DNA of 64,000 bases from the NCBI RefSeq assembly GCF_009834535.1, contig NC_045696.1:45696001-45760000 (forward strand). Direction: 5' to 3'. Made by a program: the position numbers and the translations under genes. This document shows positions 35,236-48,034 of this stretch, in pieces. Each line of letters begins with the position of its first letter. Position 1 is the stretch's first letter. The notes beneath the pieces were generated by a model. The model worked only from the letters and a program-made list of their open reading frames with translations. It made no database searches and had not been told where the DNA came from. Origin of the DNA: Camelus ferus. Taxonomy: Eukaryota.

Positions 35236-35839
35236 GAGATGATTAACAGCTCTGATTACCAGGTAGAAGAAACACATGTAGGAATGCCTGTGCGAGCTCG
35301 CACACCTCCCTGCGGGTCCCTATGGGGTTATGCTGATAGAATTGTGAGAATACTGAGGATCAAATCTACTCAGAGTCCCATTGCTTAACTCTGAACATGA
35401 ACATTTGGATCTAAAACTTAAAAGCCAGAGACACTGGGATATAGACATAGGATAGTACTGGTCAAGAGAGTTTAAAAGAAATAGATGTGCAGGCTTAATT
35501 TTTAGAGGAAGAAAACCTATTTGTTTCATATATTGCTAAAATGTGTTATCTTAAGGAGATTATAAGCAGTGTGATATCTTCCCTAAAACACTCACAGATA
35601 TTTGTAATCACAACTGTCCAACTTACTGCACAACCAGCCAGCCTCAGGAAGATGACAGACCTGGAGCATATTCAGGGTCTGTTCCTTATTCTTTCCACCC
35701 CAAAGTCCAAAAAAGAGCAGAATTTTTTAAAAAATTAAATCAAGTTTTTTCTTAATCAAAAGTTAGAGAAAATTTTTAGAGGAAGAGAGGAAGAAGAATG
35801 TCCCCAAATGGGAACTGCACCCTGAGGGGTTTGCCTGAA

Positions 35840-35990
35840 ATCAGAAGGTCTAGGCTTTGGGTTTTTTGTTTTCTGTTTGTCAACTGGATGATCTTGGACA
35901 AGTTACCCAACCTCTCTGCTCTGTCTTGAAGGGTTTCTGGGAGAAGCAAAATGAGACGGTAAGAGTGAAAGGACTCCTAACGTCAATACT
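35840..35990 (+). mobile_element. MIR fragment
   Basis: 'ggatgatcttggacaagttacccaacctctctg'. Confidence 0.6.
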
Positions 35991-37335
35991 CCTTTGCATG
36001 CGATGGAGTATATTCACCCAGTTGCTACAGACATTTATAAACTGGCTTCTGTCTTGTTTTAGACTTTCTTCCCTCCTTCTTTGTATAACCCCTTGTCAGT
36101 ATCTGCCCTTATGTCTGGTCTTTCTTGACTTTGTGCCTTGATGTACCTATCTTTTGCCATGCCCCATCCCATTCAATAGCAGATGTCACATGGCTCCCTG
36201 TGACTCAGACTCAACACTCCCATAGGAGGCTGTGTTCATGGGCTGACCTTTGACTCCACCCACAAGGTCACTCTACTGGCTCCAGCTCTGGGACAATACT
36301 CTGCCTGCCAACTAGGCAACTACTAACCCAACCCCAGACCCTTGGCCAGGGGAAGGCTATGGAAAGTAAACTGAACATTTCTGTCTCTCTACATCCATGG
36401 GGTTAAATGTAGGAATGCCAGCTGCCAAGAATCCAGTTTCAGTGCTGTGGTCTCCACAGTGAAGAGCTGTTTGAGTTGCATATGCCTGAAATAACACTGA
36501 ATTCTATCCACACCAGCTGGCCAGAAGGTTCATCTACCTTGCCTGCCACAGTCTGCATTGCTCCAGGTCTCAAGACTCTGAGCTACACAGAACACAGCAC
36601 TGGGAATACATTTCTCATGGGACTCAAATCCTAGACATTAAGACATGCACAAAGGCACAGGTGTGAGTGGAGGGAGCAGTTCTAGTGGATTACTGGTTCT
36701 CGAGAAGCAGCTCACATACTAGAAATGGTACAGACCATACTAATGACAGAATGTCTGGATCACAGTGACACTGCCTGTGTCACACTGCCTGGGCTCTTAA
36801 ACTCCAACAGCATCAGGGAGGAAGGTAATGAGCACTCAGCTCACCAAGTGTTTCCCTGTCAAACAGAAATTCCCTGAAATTCCCTATTATATACATATAT
36901 ATAAAAAAAAAAAACAATGGAAGTAAAGATAACAGCTAAGGAAGATACAGCTAAGGAAGACCACTCTGAGTAACTAAAGGGTCCTCCTTCCTCTTTGTGA
37001 TTGGATTGGGCCTCCTCTTCAGACAAAAAGAATCTTCCTCACATCTTCTTCAGGGAAGTCCTGGGAGTTTCTAGAATCACATCATATCCCAGTTAAACAT
37101 TAATTTATGAGAAAATGACCAAGTCACTTGAATCTCTTGACTTACAGTTGTCCTTTGTAAAATGAAGAGTTCTCTTTCAGTCCAAAAGTCTGATGAAAGC
37201 TTTAAAATAGCAGTAAGCAATAAATTATTCTTATCTTTAAATTTGATGTTTTTATATTTGGAGTGAAGGGATCAATTCTGTGAAGAGAACTGAGCACCTC
37301 TGACACTGGATGCTCTGCAAGAGCATTTTATGGAC

Positions 37336-37540
37336 CAGTGTATCCCAAACTTTTCCCAACCCAACATACTAAGTCATGAAGCACATTCCTGTTACTAACA
37401 GTGGCTCAATAAAGTATTGACAGTATGTGCGCCTATGGGTTGGGACAGTCAGGTGTCAAATGCAGAGAGGGATACATGTGCATGCACATTCCTCAAGTGA
37501 TTCTGATATGTCCTTCTCACACCATGTTGAGAACTGCTAT
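37336..37540. mobile_element. MER5-like hAT-Charlie MITE remnant
   Basis: Ends 'cagtgtatcccaaactt' and 'caagtgattctgatatg...gttgagaactgct'. Confidence 0.45.
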
Positions 37541-37779
37541 TATAGATTGAATTTACCTACTGAAACATACAGGCTAGGAAAGGTGTCAAAGAAAGAACTT
37601 CCAAGCAATCAGAAGAGACCCTAACAGGCAGAATTAGAGATAAACCTACTCCAGGGTGCAGCCTGAATATGCCTTCTCAAATGAAGTCATTATGTAGCTT
37701 CTAGGATAGCAGAAGACTAAGATAGGAATAATTAACCAAAGAAATGAGAATGCAGATGAGAAAGCCTGTGGCTTTTAAA

Positions 37780-38580
37780 CAATGTCAGGTTTTAAAATTA
37801 ATTACAAAGTTAATAATGTTTCATTTGACAAATCTAATAATATAGGAATGTGTAAAGAAAAACTTGGTACCCTTCCCCATACTTCTCTGCAGTCTACCCC
37901 ACTATGAGAAATACTTCAATGTGGGAAGTGAGGATCATTATCTTTTGTACAAATACACATATTTGGTTTTGACAATAACAGGATAATATCCCAATCTATT
38001 TACTTCAATTTGTTTCTGTGATTACAAATATCTTGCCTTTTTTTTAGATTAATATATACTTAGCTAGAGATTGAGATATAGACCTGGAGAGGTGGAGAAA
38101 TTATGAAATATATTATTTGGTAAACCATTCCTTACTTACTATTATTCAGACTTTTGCAGGTTTTTATGGTATGAAAATCATTTAAAGAAAAATCTTTTTA
38201 CACTTATCCTATATCTTTATATATCTTATTTTTAGTTTTACAAGTTAGAGTCTCAAAGTGGTGTTGCTGGGTTAGAGAGAGTATGATAGTTTAAATTTTA
38301 ATTTAAATGTTGACAGAATTCTTCCCAAAAATTCTCATGCTGACTTGCATTCTCACTGACAGCGCATGAGAGGAGCCATTTTCCTACACCCTCCAGCAAT
38401 GCTTGCATGATTTTCTTCATTTTTGCTTATCTTAAAAGTGAACACAGCAACAACGTTGTTGCCTGCTGGTAATCTTTAATTAGTCATTTGCATTCAATTT
38501 TTTCTGAATTACCTGTTGTGATTATTCTTATATTAAGTAGGTTATTCTTTTCTTTTTTAATTTGTGAGAATTGTTTATAT
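37780..38580 (-). mobile_element. Old L1 (L1ME-like) 3' fragment
   Basis: 'caaagtggtgttgctgggttagag...ttgcattctcactgacagcgcatgaga...ttttcctacaccctccagca' is an antisense L1 ORF2/3' UTR motif set. Confidence 0.6.
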
Positions 38581-38581
38581 A

Positions 38582-38932
38582 CAGTCAGCTCACTGTATTC
38601 CCGTATTTTGCATCTGTGGATTCAACCAACCACGGATAGAAAATACTAAAAATTTTTTCAGAAAGTTCCAACAGGTGAAACCTGAATTTGTCACATATAG
38701 GCAATTATTTATACAGTATTTACAATGTACTTAAAACTATTTACATGGTATTTATATTATATTAGGTATTATAAGTAATCTAGAGATGATTTCAGGTATA
38801 CAGGAAGATTTGCATAGGTTATAAGTTATAAGGAAATACTACACCATTTTATATAAGAGACTTGAGCATCTGCAGATCTTGGCATCTGAGGGGGTCCTGG
38901 AAGCAACACCCAGTGGATACCTAGAGACAACT
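38582..38932 (+). mobile_element. Tigger3-derived MITE (MER7/Tigger3a-like)
   Basis: 'gcatctgtggattcaaccaaccacggata...attaggtattataagtaatctagagatgatt...gacttgagcatctgcaga...gggggtcctggaa'. TA-flanked. Confidence 0.88.
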
Positions 38933-41228
38933 ATATTGACCATACGTCCCATTTGTCTAAATTAATTACATATATTTAAGAAATGATTGTTTTAAAATTT
39001 TAAACAGTAAAGCTTTCCTTATGTCTACTTGTAATTCACTGTTCTAATGTTTTTCCTTAATTATATTAAAGATCACCATATGCAAATGAGCATGCACAAA
39101 AGTCTTACTGCTCACCCTCTTACCACCTAATTATGAGGACCTTATTGTCTACTTTGTGTGTATGCAAATTTATAACACAAGTTTGAACAAAAATTTGATT
39201 TTTTTCTTCTTAATGTGCAAATGTAACATACAGAAAATAGTTCTAAAGTACTAACATCATATCCAAGAAAAAAATTATTAAATGATTCATCTTCAAGCAG
39301 TTTATCTTCCATAACTATTCAATCAGAAGGAATTGTAAAAGGGTACTTTCCTCTCATTTCCTATTACTATTCTATTTTAATGCTCAATTTCAATTTAATG
39401 CTCAAGTTTTATCCCTCCCTCCCCCTTCTTCCTTCCTTCTCTCACTCACTTCCTTCTTTCTTCTTAAAAAGTGTTATTCTATTTTAATGGGATTCAGTTT
39501 CCTTCTTCCCTTTCTTCATTTTTCTATCTTTCATTTTATAAATCAGATAATAATCATCCTTTGAAAAAAAAAGTAGCTGAGAATATATATTCTTCTATCC
39601 TCTTAGATAAAAAGCATTCATAAAATAGATAGATGACAAAGACTTTAAAGTACCTTAAACACATTTGAGACACATAGATCAATTTGATGGAACATCATTT
39701 CATTGTTTTCAAAATGTATGAATTAAAGCAGAAGGTATTATTTCAGAGAAGAGAAAAAAAAGATTAATGAGAGCAAGAGCAATGATGAATTACATGAGAC
39801 TGCTATAAAGTCTGTTTGCAAAGAATTTTAGATCCTATCAATCTAATGAAGAAATATTTAAAAGTAATTCAAGGACCTGCTTTAAAAACATGAATTTTTC
39901 AAAGTTTTATTCTACAGAATTTATTTTACTTTAGATTCTCACCATTTCTACTTCACCAGAAGTTAAATTATGAAATATTGGCTACTCCTTCCCTTGACAC
40001 ATTTTGATGGCCTTGATAGAGGAATGATGTTTATTACTACATTATTCCAAAAAAGGAGAGGTTTTTCACAGAAAGATTTCCTTAAGATTTTTGGTTCTTA
40101 TCATTATAGCAGAAACTCTAAAAATGCCATTACCATGGAATCAGATACTTACTATGGCAGATCAAAAGAAATAGAATGATACCTTCATTAAAGGTCAGGA
40201 CATGGATCTAGAGAAAAGTTAATCTGCTATGTTACTGTCCATCACAACAAGGATGACCAAACTATCAAATGACATATCCACTGAGAAGGTAAATTGGGCA
40301 ATTCGGCATTGCTGTATTTGCCATCCAACACATTTAAAAGAATTTAGTATCACTTGTAGAATTTTGCAGACAATTAGACAAGGGTTGTGATCCTCTATTA
40401 GCTATAACAATGCTTATCATTATTGTTGACATTGATTGAGCATTTACTATGTGCCTAGCATATAATGAATAAATGAGATTTCCAACCTTTTCTCTAACAA
40501 GGCCACTGGAAAGAATTCTAACTTGGTGCATTTCATAGGAAGGAGGGCCTGGTGGAACTGACATACCTCCACATGCCAACACCACCTTAGGCTCATAGTA
40601 CAGTATCTACATCTTTGGACTGGTCTAGTAACAGAAAGCGGTAACCCTAATTATCTGTGCTCCAGAAACTTGTGATGACTGGTAACATGCAAAGTAATGG
40701 GTACTCTGTATTGTGATAAAGACAAAAGTAACCCTCAGGAGTCTTCCTGTGTCATTAACGTTGCCGCACAACTTGAGATCGTGAAGTAGAGAATGACAAA
40801 GAAGAGAGAAGGATAGGAAGGAAGAGCCATTTACATTTTCTTTAAATTTCACTTGCTCTTTCACTCAGTATCAGTACAAATGTATGCCAAGCAACAAATG
40901 CAGAAGAGCTTGAAATGATACTGGCTGGTGAAACCCTTTAAGGATTGGGACAGTAATTTGAAGGATTTCCTGAGCTGTAATAAAAAGCCTACTGCACTGT
41001 TATAGAGGGCAAGTAAGATGATGATTTTCTTAAAAAACCTGGAGGAAAAATTGAAGAATTGAGATTCACAGAGATATTTAATAATGAAAAGTTAGAGGAC
41101 TATACCATACATCAAAGTTATAGATATATATATCTATATACATTGATATCTATAGCAATCTATATCTATATTCTATCTATCCCATATATCCTATCATCTG
41201 TCTACATACTATGTAGATCCTATCCACC

Positions 41229-41262
41229 TAGATAGAAAGGTAACTGATAGATAGATAGATAC

Positions 41263-41302
<40 letters not shown>
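41229..41302. repeat. (GATA)n microsatellite
   Basis: Visible tandem array. Confidence 0.95.
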
Positions 41303-41849
41303 GAAGGATATATGGGTAGTTTAAAATCTACTCTCTACTACTGGCCTCATATAGAAAGCGACAACATTGTAGAATTCTTAAATTTAGCCACCACTCACTA
41401 TCTTTATGGGGCTGATATGTTGCAACTTTTGAATATCATGAAGACAGATGACACACCTCTATCATAAGCTATTTTGGAAAAAAATACAACCTAAGAGGCA
41501 ATGCCATAGACGTACAATTATTAAACTAATCTCTGCAAGTGATAAGAGCTTCTTCTATAATTCTAATACATATATGGATTTATCAGAGCTTAAGGGTCCA
41601 CTTTTAGACTCAAAGCTGGTTTTTTCTTTTCCTTTCCATATTGGCTTTTATCTTAGTTTGAAGGAGAATTATAGTTTTAGTGAAATAATATTACTTACAG
41701 AGTAGTAATTTATATAAATAACACTTACAACCCCCTACACAAAAATTTTCCCATATTTGTGACAAGCTTAATGGAAATAGTTATTTTCTATATGTGGAAA
41801 TACTTACTATATGATGAGACATTATGTAAACTCATTACAGAGTTGAAAA

Positions 41850-43010
41850 AACTTTTACTTTTTATTTTGATACATTTAGCCTACAGAAAAGTTTCAAATA
41901 CAGTACAGTGAATTGCTGTATACTTTCAACTCAGTTTCCTCTAATGCTAACATCTATATAAACCACAAAAAATTATCAAAATCAGGAAACTAACATTGAT
42001 ACAACACTAGTAACTAAACACAGATCTTATTCAAATTTCATTAATTTTTCACAAATGTCCTTTTTTCCCTTTTCCAGTATTTAATTCAGGATTCCACATT
42101 GTATTTACTTGTGCCTCCTTAGTGTCCCCAAATCTGGTAGTTCCTATATTTTATGACCTTGATACATTTGAAGAGTACTGGCTTGTTATTTTATTTAACT
42201 TGTAGGTATATAATGTAGATGATGTCAATACATGTTAACCTTTGTCACTTGATTAGGACCATTTCTACCACATCTCCACTGTAAAGTTATATTACATGTT
42301 ATAATTATATTACAAATACTATCATTATTGTTTTTCTGTTGCTCAAAATATTCTAACTTTGGCAGTTGGAAGTTCCTTTCAGAATGCCCCATCTTTTACC
42401 TTTTTCAACACGTCCTTATTTTCTGGCACTACCAGATACTCCAAGCTTCTCATATTTTTTCACCCTAGTCCTGGAATCAATCATTTCTCCAAGGAGCACT
42501 GGTTTCCATTATTAGAGAATGGATTTTAGAAAGCAAAAATCTCAACACTAAATACGCTCCTTACTACAGAGATTTTATTGCATTGCTTCTAGGTACTTCC
42601 CACAGAAAGTTAATAAATAAATGTATACACACTAACCAAGCCATGCATCTACATCTGCATTTAATTCTTTACCTATGTAACTATGTACCTATCAACCTAT
42701 CTACATATCCTATGAGTTGACACTCATGTTCCAATTCATCAGAGTTCTTTCAAGCCTTCTCCTTTTCCTTATTTATATATATCATCTTCTTCCACCAGGG
42801 AGATATACCTGGTTCTCATTATCTACAATAAATTTGCCTGTTTCTTCAGCCCTACTATACACAAAATATTTTCAGAATTGATAACCCGAACCCTTACAAA
42901 GAAAAAAATTAGTTCCTCAAGTGCAGCACTGAAATAGTTTCTTTTAGTCTTAGAGTATAAGAGTCAAAATGCTCTTTTCCAAAGTTTTCTAGGTTAGTTC
43001 ATGTCTTCCC
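41850..43010 (-). mobile_element. L1MC/MD-type 3' UTR
   Basis: 'tacagaaaagtttcaaatacagtacagtgaa...aatcaggaaactaacattgataca...gatcttattcaaatttca...ccctagtcctggaatcaatcatttctccaaggagcactggtt'. Confidence 0.8.
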
Positions 43011-43030
43011 ACCTCTCTCTGATGTGGGTA

Positions 43031-43250
43031 TGCGTGGTGGACAACCTAAAAGTAAGGCCCAATATTATGCATTGCCTTGACCTGCGGTGAAGTCAGGATG
43101 ACTCAAAGAGCCTAAGAAAAAGTTTCCCTCCTCACCCTCCGCTCTAACCAAGTGATCTCCTCACCAAAGGAGCCGGTGCAGCTCCCTGCCAGGCGGAGGA
43201 ATTACTCAAACAAGCCAACCACACTCTCCCATGAGAACCAGGGGCTCTAT
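43031..43250 (+). mobile_element. ERV1-class LTR fragment (MER4-group, MER89-like; family uncertain)
   Basis: 'aacctaaaagtaaggcccaatattatgcattgccttgac...ggtgaagtcagg...gcctaa...aagtttccctcc', locally GC-richer. Confidence 0.5.
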
Positions 43251-46119
43251 ATGGATTTATTTACTTTCCTATGGTACCCAGTTATTTTTTTTTAAGTTTC
43301 CTATTTCAGCAACATCTAGATATTTTAGCAGATTTTTGTTTGTTTGGTGGTGGGGAAAGGGCTGGCAAGTTCTCTTTTTTTCCACAGATCCCTGCATTTC
43401 CATCTTCTGCTTTTTCTCCCTTCACCACCCAATCGCTAAAAAGTATTTCTCCCTTTTTGGTTTACTTTTTCTCCCCTAGAAGCTGTACCTTTCAGCTTTC
43501 AAAGATACTCTGTTAATTCATGAATATTTTGTGGCCCCTTCCCTATACAGTTCATGCTCATAACTGCCCAGAAGTCTTCTCAGTAATCACAGGCTTAGAG
43601 TGCGCTAGTCGTTCATACAATAATTTTAGATCAACTTTGGGTCCCTTCTCTCGTTTCCTTTTTCTGTTATTCCTGCAGTTTTCCATGGTTTACCTTTGCT
43701 CATCAAAACACCTAGAAGCAGGACAGGAATACGTCAGAAATGTGAAAGGTCACAGACCAGGATTTGGTGATTTTTTTTTCCTTTTTATTCATGCTTACTT
43801 TGAAGTTTCAGCATTCTCTGACCTCAGGCTATTCAAAGGGGATGATTTTTGTGTAGCTTGAATTTTCTCTTCTTGTATATTTCTGTATTATTATTGGGAG
43901 ACAGATAACAAGGTGCCTGTGGTTGCCTTCAGTCCTCAGTCATGTTTTGTATCATTTCTAAAGTTACATAATTTGTGTAAATAATGTGTCTTGTGCCAAC
44001 AATTTAATATCCTCATCTATGTCTAACTAACTTTGGGGAAGAGGGTATGGAATTCCTGCTAGTAAGGATTTTCCAGAGGTGACTGAGAATCTGCTTAGGC
44101 ACATCTATTATGCCCATGGTGGGGAAAAAGTAATGGTGTCCCGGACGGATAATCCAACCAGTTCACTTTCTAAACCTTAAATATTAGTTCTGTCTGACAC
44201 CATTTGGAGATGAGAATAAGGCCAAACAAGCTCTGACTAAACAGAATGTCTTCCTGTGCTCTCCTTACTTCTTCTTGTGTGCATCCCAATATTCTGTTTC
44301 ACGACACATACAGAAGTGAATATTAGAAATAAGGGTCCACAGCAGTCACTGACAAGCAGGAAAAGACAACTTGCTAGCCCACATGAGCCAGTTTCAGGGC
44401 AGTAACTGTTTCCTGAAATCAAGGAGTCTGAGGAGTTGGGCGGAGTTCCCATTTTCACATGTACTCAGCTCTCAGCCTGCCCTGGTGCTGGGTGAGGAGT
44501 TGTGTTTCCTTAGGATCAGGTCTGCAGTAAAAGGGACTGATCAAACCACACTCCTTTTTGACCTTTCGTTGTGAATGCTGCTCCACCTTCAATTTGCCAT
44601 GCACTAAATGTATGCATCAGCTAACAAGGATGCAGATTTTTAAATGTGTATTTCAGCTTTAATCCCATCAACCACAGTGGAAATACAACTCAGCTTGCAT
44701 TGCCTCCTGAAAATGATTTACAAAAAATATTTACATGCTTCACACATTTGTACATCTGACATCACGCAAAGTATGGAACAATTTACAGATGTGCAAAATG
44801 TTCCATAGAAAGCCTAAAATGCTGTTAACAATCTGGTTGAAAAAGAACCAAGATGGGAGAGATTTATCAAAACTGAAAACTGATGAAAGGAGTCAAGAAT
44901 CCAAATTTTGTCACGTTACCAACTTCTGTAATAAGTAGCTAATGGTGAGAACTGGAAACAACTGGGTACTCTTATTAGGTGACTAATAAAAAATAAAATC
45001 TATTATTGTAATTTGAGCATTTTATCAAAATTACGTCTAATTTCTAGATTCCAACTAAACGAATGACACATTTAGAGAAGTGGTTCTGCAATATTTTAAG
45101 TGCTACAATTGTTCCTGCTTATCACACTTCAGGACATTAAGATGAAGCCTAGAATCAATTCAGTCAAAGATTCACCAACTAGCCATTTATCTATGACTAT
45201 GTAAAACAGCAAAAAGGAAAAAAAAAAAAAAGATTTTCTTAACCAATTCAAAGAGGAATTCAGTTTAAGTACAGGGAGCAATTAAAATCTATGACTGACA
45301 GACCAGGTCATCCAAATGGCCTGTGTACCTGTAACCTGATACACTAAAGCTCATAAAAGTGTCATAACAAACAACCTGTCATCTTAAGAATATTTTATGA
45401 GGCAGTTGGCTTCCGGAGGAATTGTAGGAAGTTATAGCTCAGGCTCAGGAACTGTCTTTTCTGTTCTCATCCTAAATTTTGGAAGCCAGACTGACATTGC
45501 TGAGATGGGGTAGCACTAAAATGGGCAAGCTTATCCATATGCTTCAAGAGAAGTCCAGTAATGTGAAAATTCTCAGTTAATAGGAAAGCATTTCTCTGAA
45601 TTGTTTCTCCAGTTTTTCTTGGCATTTTAATAGATGCTTTGGATCTGTTTTCTTTTTCTTTTCTCCAAGATCCACTTTATTTCAAGGTAAGATGCTAGCT
45701 ACTTATTTGTAAAGAGAATTTCATTTTAACTTACTTGTTACCAAACTTATGGAATAAAACAGAGGACTAAAGTGAATACTTTTGTCTGCAACCTTGCTTA
45801 GGAAGAACTATATTTTTCACCTCTTTTTTCAGCTTCTCCCATCACAGTTTTTCTATTTTACGTATATTCTCATTAAAATAAAACTTAATGACATTATTTT
45901 TATATACTGAATTTTTCACCTATAACCTCCTTCAGTTTACCTTTGAATGCTCAGGTTCTAGCTCAGTGCTTAGGATATAGGAGGCAATAACTACATATTT
46001 AATTCATGAATTTCTGAGAATTATGTTCTTTCTTTGATAGTATACAATCAAAAATAGCATTTCTAACTATAAAAATGTAAACATTTTTGAATTTATATAA
46101 ACAGAGAGTAAAAAAGTAC

Positions 46120-46282
46120 GCAAGGCTAAGAGGTGAGGGAAGTAGAAAAGGTTGGTGAAAGGGTTCATAATTTGAGTTATAAGATGAATAAGGTCCAAGC
46201 ATCTAATGTATAACATGGTGACAACAGTTGATAATATTACTGAATAACTGAAATTTGCTAAGAGAGTAGGACTTCAATATTC

Positions 46283-46374
<92 letters not shown>

Positions 46375-46628
46375 AAAAGAAAGAAAGAAAGAAGGGAAGG
46401 AAAGGAAAAGAAAGGGAAGGAAAGAAAGAAAGGAAAAGGAAAAAGAAAAGAAAAGAAAAGGAAAGGAAAGAAAAAAGAAAAGGAGAAGGAAGGTAGGAAG
46501 GAAGTGATGGTTGTGTTAATTTGATGGAAGGGAATCCTTTCACAATGCATACACATATCAAATCATCACATTACACCATTTAAATATCTTATTTGTCAAT
46601 TATACCTCAATACAGATGGAAAAAAATT
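46120..46628 (+). mobile_element. L1MA9/10-like 3' UTR
   Basis: 'gttataagatgaataag...atctaatgtataacatggtgac...gaaatttgctaagagagtag' ... 'gggaatcctttcacaatg...ttgtcaattatacctcaata'. Confidence 0.85.
46283..46504. repeat. (GAAA)n / (GGAAA)n compound microsatellite
   Basis: About 23 perfect GAAA units, then degenerate purine repeats. Confidence 0.97.
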
Positions 46629-46899
46629 TAAGTGACACATTTTTAATGAAAATCATACTATGTTTCTTTTTCTACACAGTATTTTAATATATTTATTTAT
46701 GCCCTGTTCACATTCACACTCAGTTCACATTTAGAACTAGGCAAGGTATTATTTTAGTGGAAAATAATAATGCCACCTGATTCTGTTAATGCATTAGTAG
46801 TTACTGGAAATCAACAGAGATTGAAAAAAAAGTAACCTAAGGAAAAAAAAAAAGACTAAAGCAAACATACTAAAATATTTAATAAATGTGTTGAGATTG

Positions 46900-47820
46900 G
46901 TATTAACAACATTTACCAAACTCTGAATGCTGAATATTTTGCATAAACTCAATGTTTAGTCCTAAGTATAAGAAACATAATTTTCACTACATGAACCTAA
47001 TATGCTTGATAAATTTAATGTTAATTTTTATCATGTTTTTATAATACTGTAAATGTTAATTTTAATTCCAATTTCCAATTGTTCATCGCTATACTACAGA
47101 AACATATTTTTGAAAGTACTGATTTATATTGTGTAATTCTCCTAAACACTTACTCACTCTATTTTCTTTTTATGAATTCTTTATGTTTTTCATATACATG
47201 ATCAATTCATAATAAAAGCAATTTTATTTTTCCTTTTTAATTAGTATGTCTTATTGTACTAGCTAGGACCCCTAGTATAATGAACATTTATCTTGCCTTG
47301 TTCTTGTTTTTTTTAGGGTGTGTAGTGGGTTAAACAGTGTCCTTTCAAAATTCGTATCCGCCAGGGATCTCAGATTATGACATTATTTAGAAACAGGATC
47401 TTTGCATTTGTAATAAGAATTGAGATGAAATATAGTGAATAAAGTGAGCTCTGAATCTGATGATAGCATCCTTATTGGAAGCAGAAAATGACACACAGAG
47501 AGACACACAAGGAAGCAAGCATGTGAAGACAGAGGCAGAAACAGGAGTTATGATGCCACAACCCAAGAATGTCAAGAGCTACAAGAAGCTGAAAAAGGCA
47601 AGAAAGGTTTCCTCCAAGAACCTTCAGAGGAAGCATGACTTTGCTCATATGTTGATTACAGGCTTTGACTTTCAAAGCTAAGAAAGAATAAATTTCTGCT
47701 GTTGTGATCCACCACATTTATTGTAACATGTTACAGCAGCCTTAGGAAATGAATGCAGTGGGGAACCACTTCGTCTTTCACCATGAAGCATGAAGTGTGC
47801 TATTGAGTTTTCATACATAC
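46900..47820 (-). mobile_element. Old L1 ORF2 fragment, split by an MLT1C LTR
   Basis: 'gtactagctaggacccctagtataatg...tcttgccttgttctt' resumes after the LTR as 'ggggaaccacttcgtctttcaccatgaagcatgaagt'. Confidence 0.7.
47321..47757 (+). mobile_element. MLT1C-type MaLR solo LTR
   Basis: TG...CA termini: tgtagtgggttaaa ... 'gtgaagacagaggcagaa' ... 'agaataaatttctgctg...ttacagcagccttaggaaatgaatgca'. Confidence 0.88.
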
Positions 47821-48034
47821 AGGTCCTGGGCTTTAAAAGGCAATATGACAGGGAGGAGGCAAAAGTCTTGGGCCTCACGGGGGTCAGACATATGGCACAG
47901 AAGGGCACTCCCTGGTGAGTTAGCCAGGACAAAAACACAACCAGCAGAAAGTTAGTGGCATTATTTTTCAGCCTTGGTCTCAGTTCCAGAAAAACAGAAT
48001 TTTTAAAAGCATATGTCTCCTCTGATACAGACTA

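Noticed and set aside
46274..46561. Phe/Leu/Ser-rich ORFs
   Set aside because: Translation of the (TTTC)n microsatellite inside an L1.
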